Source: Dehalococcoidia bacterium
GTDB lineage: Bacteria > Chloroflexota > Dehalococcoidia > Lucifugimonadales > UBA6952
Length of the DNA stretch: 64,000 nt
Reading direction: 5' to 3'
NCBI GenBank assembly: GCA_022450525.1
Contig: JAKUQA010000001.1
Location: 87,038-151,037 of the forward strand
Shown here: positions 38,066 to 48,955 of the stretch, one piece after another
Position numbering within the stretch: the stretch's first letter is position 1
Layout of the letters: each line of letters starts with the position of its first letter
Made by a program: the position numbers and the translations under genes
The notes under the pieces: generated by a model
The model's database searches: none
Told to the model about the DNA's origin: nothing
The model's input: the letters and a program-made list of their open reading frames with translations, nothing else

Positions 38066-39049
38066 ATGAAATTTTCTTTATTATTATTTAGTGGTTCTGC
38101 GAATCATAATTCAAAAGATTGGTTAGATAATATTGAACAACAAACTTTAACTGCTCAAGAATCTGGTTTTGATGGAATATGGGGTGCTGGAGGCCATGCT
38201 AGTGGTGATGGAATGCTTAATACTACATTACTTCTGTCAAGACTTTCAGGTAAGTTAACAAATATGGAGTTTGGGGCTTTATATTTACTACCTCTTGAGA
38301 ATCCCGTTACCTTGGCAGAAGAAATTGCAGCCTTGGATGTGCTTACGGAAGGTAAACTTACTATAGCCGTTTCATTAGGCTGGAGGGAATTTCAGTTTAA
38401 AGCATTCGGACTTGATCCCAAAGAGAGATTGCCACGGTTTTTGGAAACTTTAGAAATTATGAAATCTTTATGGCAAGAAACCACATTTAAACATAAAGGA
38501 AGATTTTATGATTTAGAATTTGAAAGAGGAATAAAAAAACCTCAGCAAAAACCTTACCCCAAAATACTTATTGCAGCAAATGCAGATGTAGGAATTAAGC
38601 GATCTGCAAGAATAGCAAATGGATGGTTGATAAGTACGAGGGCGAAATACGAGACTATAGCAAGACAATCACTTTTACATAAAGACGCCCTAGCAGAGTA
38701 CAACACTGAAGGCACAATATGGGCCTGGAGAGAATGTTACGTCCATGAAAGCAAGGCAAAGGCAATAGAAACCATAAGGCCATATGCTGAGGCTCTATAT
38801 GCAGACAGAGCTTCGTTGGGACATGCTAGAGATTTGCCTGACGCAGACCGACTAGATACATCTTTTGATGAAATAGTGAAAGATAGATTTATAATTGGTG
38901 ATGTAGAAGAATGTGTCGAAGAGATTAAAAGATATGAATCTTTAGGGGTTGAAAGTATAATTTTCAGAATGCAGTGGCCAGAAATGCCACAAGAATTAAC
39001 AATAAATTCAATAAAAAAAATGAAGGAAGTAATAAAACATTTTAGATAA
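38066..39049 (+). CDS. Luciferase-like monooxygenase (LLM) family oxidoreductase
   Basis: 327 aa. LLM-typical segments (LAEEIAALDVLTEGKLTIAVSLGW; FIIGDVEECVEEIKRYE.LGV). The cofactor (FMN or F420) cannot be determined from the sequence. Confidence 0.65.
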   Translation: MKFSLLLFSGSANHNSKDWLDNIEQQTLTAQESGFDGIWGAGGHASGDGMLNTTLLLSRLSGKLTNMEFGALYLLPLENPVTLAEEIAALDVLTEGKLTIAVSLGWREFQFKAFGLDPKERLPRFLETLEIMKSLWQETTFKHKGRFYDLEFERGIKKPQQKPYPKILIAANADVGIKRSARIANGWLISTRAKYETIARQSLLHKDALAEYNTEGTIWAWRECYVHESKAKAIETIRPYAEALYADRASLGHARDLPDADRLDTSFDEIVKDRFIIGDVEECVEEIKRYESLGVESIIFRMQWPEMPQELTINSIKKMKEVIKHFR

Positions 39050-39050
39050 A

Positions 39051-39069
39051 ATACAAATACTTGTATAAT
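39051..39069 (+). promoter_or_regulatory. Perfect 16-bp palindrome ATACAAATACTTGTAT overlapping a TATAAT -10 upstream of recA
   Basis: Read directly from the sequence: palindrome at 39051-39066 and TATAAT at 39064-39069. The recA ATG is at 39138. Confidence 0.45.
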
Positions 39070-39137
39070 TTATTCTGTTTAGATATATACTGGTTATAAT
39101 ATAAAATAGGTATGATAATTAATTAAAGAGGAACGCC

Positions 39138-40136
39138 ATGACTACAGAAAAAGAAAAAGCATTGGATTTAGCTATTAATCAAATAGAAAAAGAATTTGGT
39201 AAAGGCTCAATTATGAGACTTGGTGCCTCAGATGCAGTTTCAGTGGAGGTTATTTCTTCAGGTTCGTTAGCAGTTGATGTGGCATTGGGTGCTGGGGGCA
39301 TACCAAAAGGTAGAATAACCGAAATATTTGGTGCAGAATCATCAGGAAAAACAACATTAGCTTATCATGTTGCTGCTGAGACACAGAAAGCAGGCGGAAT
39401 AGCCGCATTCATCGACGTGGAGCATGCTCTTGATCCACTATATGCAGAAAAATGCGGAATTAATATAGAAGACTTACTTATTTCACAACCTGATGATGCT
39501 GAGCAGGCCTTGGAAATTGTAGATTATTTGGTACGAAGTGGTGGTGTTGATCTCGTTGTTGTTGATAGTGTAGCAGCATTAGTGCCTCGAGCTGAGCTAG
39601 AAGGCGACATGGGGGATTCGCATATGGGTCTTCAAGCTCGTTTGTTATCTCAGGCGTTGCGAAAGCTGACAGGTGGTGTAAGTAAATCCAATACAGCAGT
39701 TATTTTTATTAACCAAATCCGAGAAAAAATTGGTGTAGTATTTGGTAATCCAGAGGTTACACCGGGTGGTCGAGCTTTAAAATACTACAGTTCTGTACGA
39801 ATCGATTTGAGAAGAGTTGAAACCTTGAAAAAAGGGACTGAAAATATTGGTAATAGATCAAGAGCAAGAATAGTGAAAAATAAAGTTTCTGCTCCATTTA
39901 GTGTAGCGGAATTTGATATTATGTTTGGTCAGGGAATAAGTAGAGAGGCTGATATCGTAGACCTTGGTGTTACAGAAGAAGTCTTAACAAAAAGCGGTTC
40001 TTTTTATTCATATGGCGACGTCAGACTTGGCCAAGGAAGAGAACAGGTTAAAGAGTATCTCAAAGAAAACCAAGATATATGTGAAGATATTGAGAATAAA
40101 ATTCGCGAATCAAGAAAAGCAAAATCTAGTGTATAG
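39138..40136 (+). CDS. recA: Recombinase RecA
   Basis: 332 aa. Has [11 protein letters not shown] (Walker A), the VVVDSVAAL segment and the L2 loop region [27 protein letters not shown]. Confidence 0.96.
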   Translation: MTTEKEKALDLAINQIEKEFGKGSIMRLGASDAVSVEVISSGSLAVDVALGAGGIPKGRITEIFGAESSGKTTLAYHVAAETQKAGGIAAFIDVEHALDPLYAEKCGINIEDLLISQPDDAEQALEIVDYLVRSGGVDLVVVDSVAALVPRAELEGDMGDSHMGLQARLLSQALRKLTGGVSKSNTAVIFINQIREKIGVVFGNPEVTPGGRALKYYSSVRIDLRRVETLKKGTENIGNRSRARIVKNKVSAPFSVAEFDIMFGQGISREADIVDLGVTEEVLTKSGSFYSYGDVRLGQGREQVKEYLKENQDICEDIENKIRESRKAKSSV

Positions 40137-40147
40137 GAGATAGGTTT

Positions 40148-40909
40148 ATGTCAGGTCACTCAAAATGGTCAACAATTAAACGAAAAAAAGGTGCTGCGGA
40201 TGCTAAAAGAGGTCAGTTATTTACTAAATTAACAAGAGAGATATTAATAGCTGCAAGATCTGGTGGGGCTGATGCTGATATGAATTTTCAGTTAAGATTG
40301 GCTGTGCAAAAAGCAAGAGATAGCAATATGCCCTTGGCAAATATAGAACGTGCAATTCAAAGAGGCGGAGGAACTTCTGGTGATAGTACAGAACGATTTG
40401 AAGAAGTTTCCTATGAAGGGTATGCATCTGGAGGGGCAGCTATATTTATTGAAGCTGTAACTGATAATTTGAATCGTACAGTAGCAGAAATACGTAGTAC
40501 TTTTTCAAAATCAGGCGGAAACCTGGGTGAGCCTGGATCTGTTTCTTGGAATTTTGAATCTAAAGGTATTGTGGTTGTTGAAACTGGAGATTTTGATCAA
40601 GATGAAGTAGTATTATTTGCCATTGATAATGGAGCTGAAGATGTGGATATTAATGATGATAATATTGAAATAAGAACCCCTATCGAAATGTTAGAAAATG
40701 TCCGAAAGAGTTTGGAAGAGTTTGGGGTAGTTATAATCAAATCCGAATTATCTAAAATTCCAAAAACATTATTGAATGTTGAGACCAATGTTGCCATTCA
40801 AATATTAAAATTACTAGATAAATTTGAAGATCTAGACGATGTTCAAAAAGTGTATACTAATGCTGATTTTTCAGATCAAGCTTTGGAAGCGTATGCTCAA
40901 ACGATTTAA
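40148..40909 (+). CDS. YebC/PmpR-family protein
   Basis: 253 aa. The MSGHSKWSTIKRKKGAADAKRG N-terminus is diagnostic. Confidence 0.9.
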   Translation: MSGHSKWSTIKRKKGAADAKRGQLFTKLTREILIAARSGGADADMNFQLRLAVQKARDSNMPLANIERAIQRGGGTSGDSTERFEEVSYEGYASGGAAIFIEAVTDNLNRTVAEIRSTFSKSGGNLGEPGSVSWNFESKGIVVVETGDFDQDEVVLFAIDNGAEDVDINDDNIEIRTPIEMLENVRKSLEEFGVVIIKSELSKIPKTLLNVETNVAIQILKLLDKFEDLDDVQKVYTNADFSDQALEAYAQTI

Positions 40910-40936
40910 ATTCACTCATTTAATGGGAAATTAAAT

Positions 40937-41422
40937 TTGAAGATTATTGGGTTCGATCCAGGAACAATTAAAATGGGATATGGGGTTATTGAAGTTCAAC
41001 AATCCGCAATCGAACTTGTTGAATTTGGTGTATTAAAAGCTAAACCAAATTTAGATTTGAGTAAACGCCTATATTTAATCTATCAGCAATTAATGGAAGT
41101 TTTGAATATCCATAATCCCTCCGAGTTGGCAGTTGAACATCCTTTTGTTGATAAAAACGTAAGATCTGCAATTGCAATAGGTCAGGCACAGAGTTTAGTT
41201 TTTCTTGGTTCTGGGGAGAAAGATATTCCCTGCCAAAGCTATTCTCCAAGAGAGGTGAAAATCAATATAACTGGATATGGGAATTCTTCCAAGATCCAAG
41301 TCGAAAATAGTGTTAAAATGCAATTACAAGTTAAAGAAGGTCTTTCTTTTGATTCGGCAGATGCTATAGCTGTTGCTTTAACACACGCTCAGCAAATCAA
41401 AATGAACAAAATAATAGGATAA
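40937..41422 (+). CDS. ruvC: Holliday junction resolvase RuvC
   Basis: 161 aa. IIGFDPG start and the C-terminal DSADAIAVAL.HA motif. TTG start. Confidence 0.85.
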   Translation: MKIIGFDPGTIKMGYGVIEVQQSAIELVEFGVLKAKPNLDLSKRLYLIYQQLMEVLNIHNPSELAVEHPFVDKNVRSAIAIGQAQSLVFLGSGEKDIPCQSYSPREVKINITGYGNSSKIQVENSVKMQLQVKEGLSFDSADAIAVALTHAQQIKMNKIIG

Positions 41423-41424
41423 TT

Positions 41425-42009
41425 ATGATTGCATATATAGAAGGAATAATAGATGAAATTTTTGATGACTCCATCATTTTAAAAGTTGGAGGATTTGGTA
41501 TTTCAATAAATGTTTTAACTAAGTCAGGCAATTTATATAATTTAATCGGAAAACGAGCAGTATTATATACAAGTTTAGTTGTAAAGGATGGCTATCCAAC
41601 GATTTACGGTTTTGTAAATTCAAGTCAAAAAACCATGTTTACTTTTCTTACTAGTGTTAGTGGTATTGGGCCTAAAAATGCGATGGCAATATTAGATTCA
41701 TTAGAAATTAGCCAAATTGTTAATTCGATTACAATTGGCGATTCAACAATGCTAAATTCAGTTTCTGGGATAGGTCCAAAAACGGCAGCAAGAATAGTTT
41801 TGGAGCTCAAAGATAAATTAGACCAATTTGTAGGACTTCATACAGAAGAAACCTTTTCTGATGATGTTGATATTTTTTCAGCTATGCAAGGTCTTGGTTA
41901 TTCAGACAGAGAAATAAGAATTGCAATTAGAGACACAAAATTTGAAGATAATCTTTCCTTTGAAGATAAAATTAAAACCTTACTACAAAAAATTGCGGAA
42001 TTGAATTAA
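41425..42009 (+). CDS. ruvA: Holliday junction DNA helicase subunit RuvA
   Basis: 194 aa. MIAYIEG start and two helix-hairpin-helix motifs (SVSGIGPK twice). Confidence 0.88.
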   Translation: MIAYIEGIIDEIFDDSIILKVGGFGISINVLTKSGNLYNLIGKRAVLYTSLVVKDGYPTIYGFVNSSQKTMFTFLTSVSGIGPKNAMAILDSLEISQIVNSITIGDSTMLNSVSGIGPKTAARIVLELKDKLDQFVGLHTEETFSDDVDIFSAMQGLGYSDREIRIAIRDTKFEDNLSFEDKIKTLLQKIAELN

Positions 42010-44075
42010 TGGTAAGCGATAATACAATTGCAGGATATGATGAATCGGTTCCATTTAAAATTGTTTCGGATTTTTCACCAACAGGAGATCAACCTAAAGC
42101 AATAAATAATTTGGTTAATGGATTGCAAGAAGGTATGTCGAAACAGGTGCTTTTGGGTGTTACAGGCTCTGGTAAAACTTTTACTATGGCTAAAACAATA
42201 GAAAAAATGCAAAAACCTGCTCTTATTATGGCGCCAAATAAAACATTAGCTGCTCAACTAGCAACCGAATTTAGGGAATTTTTCCCCCATAATGCCGTTG
42301 AATATTTTGTTAGTTATTATGATTACTATCAACCTGAGGCATATGTCCCCCAAACAGATACATACATCGAAAAAGATGCAAGTATTAATGAACATATTGA
42401 TAAACTTAGACTTTCAGCGACCAGATCTTTGCTTAGCAGAAAAGATGTGATAATTGTTGCCTCAGTTTCTTGTATTTATGGCCTTGGGGATCCTCATGAC
42501 TATCAGAGTTTTGTTCTTACTGTATCTACTGGAGACAAGAAGAAAATTGGCCTATTGATTCGGCAACTAATTGGGATGCAATATGATAGAAACGATATGG
42601 ATTTAGCACGTGGAAGGTTTCGATTAAAGGGCGATATTATTGATTTAATCCCTGCATATCAAGATTTTGCTGTTCGAATTCAGTTTTGGGGAGATGAGAT
42701 TGAAAAAATTCAAGATTTTGATCAACTAACTGGTGAAGTTTTGAGAGAGAGAGAAAGTGTAGAATTATATCCTGCCAAGCATTTTGTGACTCCAGAAGAA
42801 AAATTATTAACTAGCATTGGAACCATTAGAGATGAATTAGATTTAAGATTAAATGAATTGAGAATAGAGGAAAAATTATTAGAAGTACAACGTCTCGAAT
42901 CAAGAACCAATTTTGATTTGGAAATGCTTCAACAACTGGGTTATTGTTCTGGAATAGAAAATTATTCAAGACATTTATCTCAGCGTTCTAAAGGTAGTGC
43001 TCCCTGGACTCTTTTAGATTATTTCCCAGACGATTTTTTAGTATTTTTAGATGAGTCACATATGACATTACCACAGTTGCATGGTATGTATCGTGGTGAT
43101 ATGTCGCGAAAAACAACCTTAGTTGAGTATGGTTTTAGACTTCCATCCGCATTAGATAATCGTCCATTAAATTATGATGAGTTTACAGAAAAGGTGAATC
43201 AAATTGTGTATGTATCTGCTACACCCGGAGAATTTGAACTAAAGAACAGTGAATCTATCGTAGAACAGGTAATAAGACCAACAGGGTTACTGGATCCTGT
43301 TGTAGAAGTAAGACCAACAATAGGACAAATTGATGATCTTCTTGAAGAAATTAGAGATAGAATTCATAAAAAACAAAGATGTTTAATTACAACTTTAACT
43401 AAAAGAATGGCTGAAGAGTTAGCAGAATATCTCCTTGAGATGAAAATAAAAACAGCATATTTACACTCAGACCTAGATACACTAGAACGGACTGATCGTT
43501 TGCGAGATTTACGATTTGGTATTTATGATGTTGTTGTAGGCATAAATTTACTTCGTGAAGGACTTGATTTACCCGAAGTTAGTTTAATTGCTATTTTGGA
43601 TGCTGATAAGGAAGGTTACTTGAGGTCACAGTCTGCTCTAATACAAACTATAGGTAGAGCAGCAAGACACGTTGAAGGTCATGTAATAATGTATGCTGAT
43701 AAATTAACAAGATCAATGAATTTGGCAATTAATGAAACAAACCGACGTCGTGAACTTCAAATGCAGTATAATGTTCAGCATAATATAGAACCTATAGGAA
43801 TTAGTAAAAGTATCAAAGATATTACCGATCGAGTACGTGAGATTTCAGGATTTAATGAAAGTTCTAATCCTAAATCAAATGAACCTTTAATTGTGGATAA
43901 AGCTCAGATAGCAAATATGATTAAAGATTTAGAAAGAGATATGAAAAAATATGCAACTCAACTGGAGTTTGAAAAAGCTGCATTGATTAGAGATCAAATA
44001 AAAGAATTGCGAAATATATTGATTATTGAAGATGATGATAAACTACCTATAATGGCAATTGAAGAGAATAAATGA
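42009..44075 (+). CDS. uvrB: Excinuclease ABC subunit B
   Basis: 688 aa. [10 protein letters not shown] Walker A, DESH box, and a C-terminal UVR motif ([14 protein letters not shown]). The start overlaps the ruvA stop (TAATG). Confidence 0.95.
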   Translation: MVSDNTIAGYDESVPFKIVSDFSPTGDQPKAINNLVNGLQEGMSKQVLLGVTGSGKTFTMAKTIEKMQKPALIMAPNKTLAAQLATEFREFFPHNAVEYFVSYYDYYQPEAYVPQTDTYIEKDASINEHIDKLRLSATRSLLSRKDVIIVASVSCIYGLGDPHDYQSFVLTVSTGDKKKIGLLIRQLIGMQYDRNDMDLARGRFRLKGDIIDLIPAYQDFAVRIQFWGDEIEKIQDFDQLTGEVLRERESVELYPAKHFVTPEEKLLTSIGTIRDELDLRLNELRIEEKLLEVQRLESRTNFDLEMLQQLGYCSGIENYSRHLSQRSKGSAPWTLLDYFPDDFLVFLDESHMTLPQLHGMYRGDMSRKTTLVEYGFRLPSALDNRPLNYDEFTEKVNQIVYVSATPGEFELKNSESIVEQVIRPTGLLDPVVEVRPTIGQIDDLLEEIRDRIHKKQRCLITTLTKRMAEELAEYLLEMKIKTAYLHSDLDTLERTDRLRDLRFGIYDVVVGINLLREGLDLPEVSLIAILDADKEGYLRSQSALIQTIGRAARHVEGHVIMYADKLTRSMNLAINETNRRRELQMQYNVQHNIEPIGISKSIKDITDRVREISGFNESSNPKSNEPLIVDKAQIANMIKDLERDMKKYATQLEFEKAALIRDQIKELRNILIIEDDDKLPIMAIEENK

Positions 44076-44082
44076 GGATTGT

Positions 44083-44274
44083 ATGAAGCCAAAATTTTTT
44101 GAAGGGTGTAAAGTTAAAATTCAAAATTTTGATCGTGGATACGATGGTAGAATTGGTATATTAGAAACTATTGGATCTAAGCAAAATAAAGAATGGAAAG
44201 TAGTTTTTGAATGGCCTCTTGGTGGTTTAGCTGGGCATGTAGTAGTACCAGAAGACAACTTACAGGTGTTATAA
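44083..44274 (+). CDS. Small hypothetical protein (63 aa)
   Basis: I moved the start to the ATG at 44083, preceded by GAGGA. I recognise no family. Confidence 0.35.
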   Translation: MKPKFFEGCKVKIQNFDRGYDGRIGILETIGSKQNKEWKVVFEWPLGGLAGHVVVPEDNLQVL

Positions 44275-44343
44275 TTCTAGTTGTTGTTTACAATTCGATG
44301 TATAATAAAAACAAGAAATAGTAGTTTATGCGGAGGTTTTATA

Positions 44344-44646
44344 ATGAGTGATGTTTCTAGAGCTCAAGTATTAGAAAAATTAAAAGAAGTTTATGATCCA
44401 GAAATTCCTGTCAATGTAGTAGATCTAGGATTAATATACAATATTGATGTGAGTGACAATAATATCCACGTGTTGATGACTTTAACAGCACCAGGATGTG
44501 GCATGGGTCCATATATCGCTCAGCAAGCTGAATGGGCAATCGCTGAAATAGATGAAATTAATGATGTAAGTGTTGAAATGACATTTGATCCTCCATGGTC
44601 TCCAGATCTTATTACAGAGGATGGAAAAGCTGTACTAGGTATTTGA
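44344..44646 (+). CDS. DUF59 / SufT-like Fe-S assembly protein
   Basis: I moved the start to the ATG at 44344, after GGAGG. VYDPEIPVNVVDLGLIY and TLTAPGCGMG are DUF59 hallmarks. Confidence 0.75.
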   Translation: MSDVSRAQVLEKLKEVYDPEIPVNVVDLGLIYNIDVSDNNIHVLMTLTAPGCGMGPYIAQQAEWAIAEIDEINDVSVEMTFDPPWSPDLITEDGKAVLGI

Positions 44647-44674
44647 TCGCTATATAACAAAGCAGGGATGTGTA

Positions 44675-45466
44675 ATGAATCAGCCAAACAATGCTAAATT
44701 GGAGGCCTTGAAAAAATCTTGGCAACAAAAAAAAGCAATTAACGATAAATTAGATAAAATAGGCTTTAAAATTGGTGTTTATAGTGGAAAAGGTGGAGTG
44801 GGTAAAACTACTGTAGCGGTCAATTTGGCAGTTTCACTAGGTAATAAAGATAAACAAGTTGGTATATTAGATACAGATGTTGATTGTCCTAATGTTCCAA
44901 AAATTATTGGAGTTCACCAAGATGCAATTTATCAAAATGGAGTTATAACTCCAGGTCAAGCATTTGGAGTCAAAGTAGTATCTATGGGATTTTTTCAAGA
45001 GAATGAAGAAGAAGCTATAATTTGGCGTGGACCTATGATTCATAATGCAATTAATCAATTTTTGCAAACGACTGAATGGGGAGATTTAGATATTCTTGTA
45101 GTAGACTTGCCTCCTGGAACCTCAGATGCACCTTTGAGCGTGATGCAGAATTTACAACTTGACGGATTTGTCGTGGTTACTACTCCTCATGAATTAGCAA
45201 AACTAGACGCAAAACGATCTATAAACATGATCAGAAAAATGAATGTAGATGTGATAGGCGTGGTTGAAAACTTTTCAGGTGGCCAATTTGGCAGCGGAGG
45301 TGGAGAAAGTTTGGCACAAGAGATGGATGTACCATTTTTAGGATGTATAAATCTTCGTGATGATTATCAGTTGATGGATAGCCCAACTATTGTAAAAAAC
45401 AAAGAAGCCAATGCTGAATACGAGGTCATTGCAAATCAAGTTTTATCAAGTTTAACAAACAAGTAG
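44675..45466 (+). CDS. Mrp/NBP35/ApbC-family Fe-S cluster carrier ATPase
   Basis: 263 aa. Deviant Walker A GKGGVGKTT and DLPPGTSD. Confidence 0.85.
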   Translation: MNQPNNAKLEALKKSWQQKKAINDKLDKIGFKIGVYSGKGGVGKTTVAVNLAVSLGNKDKQVGILDTDVDCPNVPKIIGVHQDAIYQNGVITPGQAFGVKVVSMGFFQENEEEAIIWRGPMIHNAINQFLQTTEWGDLDILVVDLPPGTSDAPLSVMQNLQLDGFVVVTTPHELAKLDAKRSINMIRKMNVDVIGVVENFSGGQFGSGGGESLAQEMDVPFLGCINLRDDYQLMDSPTIVKNKEANAEYEVIANQVLSSLTNK

Positions 45467-45937
45467 TTATTTGTTTTTAATAGAGTCTCGTATATGATTT
45501 AATCTGTTGTTAGTCATTTCCATGACGTGCCCTACTATTCTTTTTATAGTGTACCTATTTTCGCCAGCACTAACTGAGGCAAGATTACCTAAATCGGTTT
45601 TTTCTTCTATATCTTTATTCATATTTTCATCACTTAATGAGTGAATGATACTTGTTAGATAAGCTCTTGAAGCTCTAATTTCTGCAATGTTAGTTTCGAC
45701 CTCCGAAACAGGGAAACCTAGCTTTTTTCTTACTTTGATTATATGTTGTATATGATCTTTGTGGTGTGTGTTAATCCTATGAAGTAATCTTCTCACAGTC
45801 ATAGGTCCCTCTTCTCCAGTATCTTCAGAATGGAATGTTTCAAGATCTTTTTCAGATAAACTGTTGACTAATTCTATCGCGGCATTTAATTGATCATTTA
45901 ATTCGTTTGTTAATTCGGATGAAATTCCATCGCTCAT
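45467..45937 (-). CDS. DinB-like helical-bundle protein
   Basis: 156 aa. The His-rich helix TVRRLLHRINTHHKDHIQHI resembles the DinB superfamily. The call is weak. Confidence 0.4.
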   Translation of the reverse strand: MSDGISSELTNELNDQLNAAIELVNSLSEKDLETFHSEDTGEEGPMTVRRLLHRINTHHKDHIQHIIKVRKKLGFPVSEVETNIAEIRASRAYLTSIIHSLSDENMNKDIEEKTDLGNLASVSAGENRYTIKRIVGHVMEMTNNRLNHIRDSIKNK

Positions 45938-45967
45938 AATACAACACCTCTATAATATTTAAATGGA

Positions 45968-46369
45968 TTACTTATTTTCTTTTAATAAAGATAGTAACTG
46001 TTTTTCCAATAACAACATTTTGTTTATAAGACTTTCAGCAGATTCTCCTTCAGCTGGAGCTACGTTTTGTTCTAATTGGTTATCATTCATATCTAAAAAG
46101 TATGAAATAAATTCTATGCGAGCTGCAGATAAATCTGCAATCAAGCTTCTGCTTTCGCTTCGTGGAATTCCTTGTCCCCATTTTGTCCATAAGAGCTGTT
46201 CACGTGTGCCGTGGTATTCACTGATAAGATTTTGTAATACTGTGCGGACACTTTGTTTTGAACTTAGTTCTGTATCTAATGTACTGTCATTGATTTCTTG
46301 GGTGTACAAAGTTGTTTGATCATACGTTTCCTCAAGGGATTTTTTATATTTATCACTTTTATTGTTCAT
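45968..46369 (-). CDS. Hypothetical protein (possibly DinB-like)
   Basis: 133 aa. I prefer it to the overlapping plus-strand ORF 45963..46319 on composition and operon context. Confidence 0.4.
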   Translation of the reverse strand: MNNKSDKYKKSLEETYDQTTLYTQEINDSTLDTELSSKQSVRTVLQNLISEYHGTREQLLWTKWGQGIPRSESRSLIADLSAARIEFISYFLDMNDNQLEQNVAPAEGESAESLINKMLLLEKQLLSLLKENK

Positions 46370-46383
46370 AACCTATTCCTTTG

Positions 46384-46653
46384 TTAAAAAGTACCTCCAC
46401 CTATAGTTGGAACAAAATGTATTTCAAATCCATCTTCAAGATGTTCCAATAAAGGATTATTTGATATTTCATCATTGATAACAACAGACAATCCGTCTTT
46501 AATAAGATTTCCCTCAGTTAATTGTTGCTTCATTCCTGGATATTCTTTGTCTAGCTTATTTATTAATTCAGTAATACTCGAAGCATTAATTTCAACGATA
46601 TGTTTATCGTTGGTTAGTTTTCGCATTAATGATGGAATAAATACCTGTAACAT
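46384..46653 (-). CDS. MoaD/ThiS-family ubiquitin-like (beta-grasp) protein with C-terminal GGG-TF
   Basis: MLQVFIPSL...VVINDE......L.DG.EIHFVPTIGGGTF matches the MoaD/ThiS layout. The ATG at 46653-46651 overlaps the TAA of the upstream Mo-hydroxylase gene (TAATG). The track start is a TTG at 46659. Confidence 0.65.
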   Translation of the reverse strand: MLQVFIPSLMRKLTNDKHIVEINASSITELINKLDKEYPGMKQQLTEGNLIKDGLSVVINDEISNNPLLEHLEDGFEIHFVPTIGGGTF

Positions 46654-48953
46654 TAGCAATTCATGGAATTTAATATGTCAGATCTGTGATCCTGAATACC
46701 TTTAGTTATTGAAGCTGGATTCATTGGTAAGCTGGATTGTCTTACTCCAGTTGCATTGTAAATTGCATTTGCTACTGCAGCGGGAGGTGAAACGATATTA
46801 GCTTCTCCAACACCTCTAACTCCGTAAGGATGTCCATCGCTAGGGACTTCAACAATTATTGTGTCAATCATTGGTAAATCTAAAGAAGTAGGCATACGAT
46901 AGTCAAGTAAACTAGAGTTTGTCATTCTGCCATCATCTGTCATAAAGTATTCTTCGTTTAATGCCCAGCCAATACCCTGTACACTTCCACCCTGCATTTG
47001 TCCTTCAACAAAGCTTGGGTATATTGCCTTACCAGCATCTTGTACACAGGTGAATCTTAAAACAGTAGTTTTTCCAGTTTCAGGATCAATTTTTACATCA
47101 CATATCGCACCTGCAAATGATCCTCCTCCTGCACCCATTCCTCCTTTACTTACACTTCCTCTTCCTACAATAGGTGCTCCAGATTTTGCTGCTAATTCTT
47201 TAAATGTCATTTTTAATTCGGTATCTTGTTTGGAAAAGAATACCCCATCTTCAAATTCAACATTGTCAGCATCAATAGACCAAATACCGGCGACTTTGGA
47301 TATCATTTGATTTTTAACGTCAATTGCTGCTTCGTATGCAGCCCATCCTGTGGCGTAGGTAGTACGACTTCCACCAGTTACAGATGTAAATCCTATAGAA
47401 TCAGTATCAACAACAGAAGGTATAACATCTTCAGGTAACAAACCAAGTACTTCCGCAGCTTGCATTGCTATTGACGTTCTTGTGCCACCAATATCTGTTG
47501 ATCCTTCAACAAGGTTTATGGTTCCATTTTTGCTAAGGCTGATAGTACATGCAGATTCTAGTCCCACATTGAACCAATAACCTATAGCTATTCCTCGGCC
47601 AACATGTGGTTCTGTAATAGGAGAATTATAATGCTCACTATCTTTAATAGTCTTTATTACTTCTTCACAGCCAATAGTTGGATATACTGGACCGTCAGCT
47701 CGACGAGTTCCTTTTTTTGCTGTATTTATTAGTCGTATTTCTGCAGGGTCCATCTGTAATTTTTCTGCAACTTCATCAATTACTGTTTCAGTTGCAAAAG
47801 CAGCCATTGTAGCCCCCGGAGCCCGGTAAGCAGCAGTTTTAGCCTTATTAACAATAACATCATATCCGTCTATTAATACATTAGGGATGTCATATGCTGC
47901 AAACACGCAGTAACTCCCAGCAGCTACAGGTGATCCCGGGAAGGCTCCTGCTTCGAATTCAAGGTGTGCTTGTGCCGCAATGAATTTACCAGATTTGTCT
48001 GCGCCTATTTTAACTCGCATTAATGTTCCAGGAGTTGGGCCAGTGCATTCAAATACTTCTTTTCTAGACATAACCAATTTAACAGGATGACCAGAAGCTC
48101 TCGACAATAATGCAGCTACAGGTTCTAAATAAACTGGTATTTTCCCTCCAAAGCCTCCGCCAATTTCTAAAGGTACGACTTTGACTTGTGAAATGGGTAC
48201 CCCTAAGATATCTGCTGTTGTATCTCTTGCTGGAAATGCACCCTGTGTGCTACACCAAACTGTTATTCGACCATCTTTGCTCCATGAAGCAGTAGCAGCA
48301 TGAGGTTCTATATAGCCTTGATGTACAGTTTCAGTGGTTAATTCTCTTTCTACAATTATTTCAGCATGCTTAAAAGCTTCTTCAGGGTCACCAAGTTTAT
48401 GCTGAATATGTTCTGCTAAGTTTGTTTTACCAGGCACTTTTGTGCCTAACTCTTTAGTTTCAAGTTCTTGGTGGATAATAGATTTAGAAGACAAACCCTG
48501 AGTTGTATTCAGTACGGGCTCTAAAGTTTCATATTCAAGTTCTATAAGACTTATAGCTTCTTCTGCTATATGTGATGAGGTTGCAGCAACTGCAGCTACA
48601 GGCTGGCCTATATATAAGAGTTTGTCTGAAGCCAGAACATTATCTCGAAGATATTTAAGCCTAGTGGTTTCACCTTCGTTTCTATCTTCCGCAGTCTCTA
48701 TATTTTTATCTGATGAACCAATAAAGTCTTTAGAAGTGACAATTGCTCGTACACCAGGCAATTTTTCTGCTTTTGAAGTGTCTATTTTTTTAATAATTCC
48801 ATGAGCGATTGGGCTTCTTAGAACCTTCCCATGAAGTAAGTCTGAAATTGAAAAATCAGCACTATAGATAGCTTTTCCTGTTACTTTGTCTACTCCGTCA
48901 TGCCGTACTGGACGACTTCCAATAACTTTATAATCTTTTTTTACAGTTGCCAT
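46653..48953 (-). CDS. Molybdopterin-dependent hydroxylase large subunit (xanthine dehydrogenase / CoxL family, not form I CO dehydrogenase)
   Basis: 766 aa with xanthine dehydrogenase-family architecture. The active-site loop reads AAYRAPGAT, not the form I motif VAYRCSFR. Confidence 0.85.
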   Translation of the reverse strand: MATVKKDYKVIGSRPVRHDGVDKVTGKAIYSADFSISDLLHGKVLRSPIAHGIIKKIDTSKAEKLPGVRAIVTSKDFIGSSDKNIETAEDRNEGETTRLKYLRDNVLASDKLLYIGQPVAAVAATSSHIAEEAISLIELEYETLEPVLNTTQGLSSKSIIHQELETKELGTKVPGKTNLAEHIQHKLGDPEEAFKHAEIIVERELTTETVHQGYIEPHAATASWSKDGRITVWCSTQGAFPARDTTADILGVPISQVKVVPLEIGGGFGGKIPVYLEPVAALLSRASGHPVKLVMSRKEVFECTGPTPGTLMRVKIGADKSGKFIAAQAHLEFEAGAFPGSPVAAGSYCVFAAYDIPNVLIDGYDVIVNKAKTAAYRAPGATMAAFATETVIDEVAEKLQMDPAEIRLINTAKKGTRRADGPVYPTIGCEEVIKTIKDSEHYNSPITEPHVGRGIAIGYWFNVGLESACTISLSKNGTINLVEGSTDIGGTRTSIAMQAAEVLGLLPEDVIPSVVDTDSIGFTSVTGGSRTTYATGWAAYEAAIDVKNQMISKVAGIWSIDADNVEFEDGVFFSKQDTELKMTFKELAAKSGAPIVGRGSVSKGGMGAGGGSFAGAICDVKIDPETGKTTVLRFTCVQDAGKAIYPSFVEGQMQGGSVQGIGWALNEEYFMTDDGRMTNSSLLDYRMPTSLDLPMIDTIIVEVPSDGHPYGVRGVGEANIVSPPAAVANAIYNATGVRQSSLPMNPASITKGIQDHRSDILNSMNC

Positions 48954-48955
48954 TA

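Noticed and set aside
45963-46319. A plus-strand 118-aa ORF overlapping the minus-strand ORF 45968-46369.
   Set aside because: The plus-strand product is Cys/Phe/Ser-rich and would oppose the surrounding minus-strand operon. The minus-strand ORF has a helical, charged composition and fits the operon spacing. Neither has a recognised family, so this choice has only moderate confidence.
46653-48953. Calling the large subunit a true aerobic CO dehydrogenase (CoxL form I).
   Set aside because: The active-site loop reads AAYRAPGAT, not VAYRCSFR (form I) or AYRGAGR (form II). I annotate it only as a xanthine-dehydrogenase-family Mo-hydroxylase of unknown substrate.
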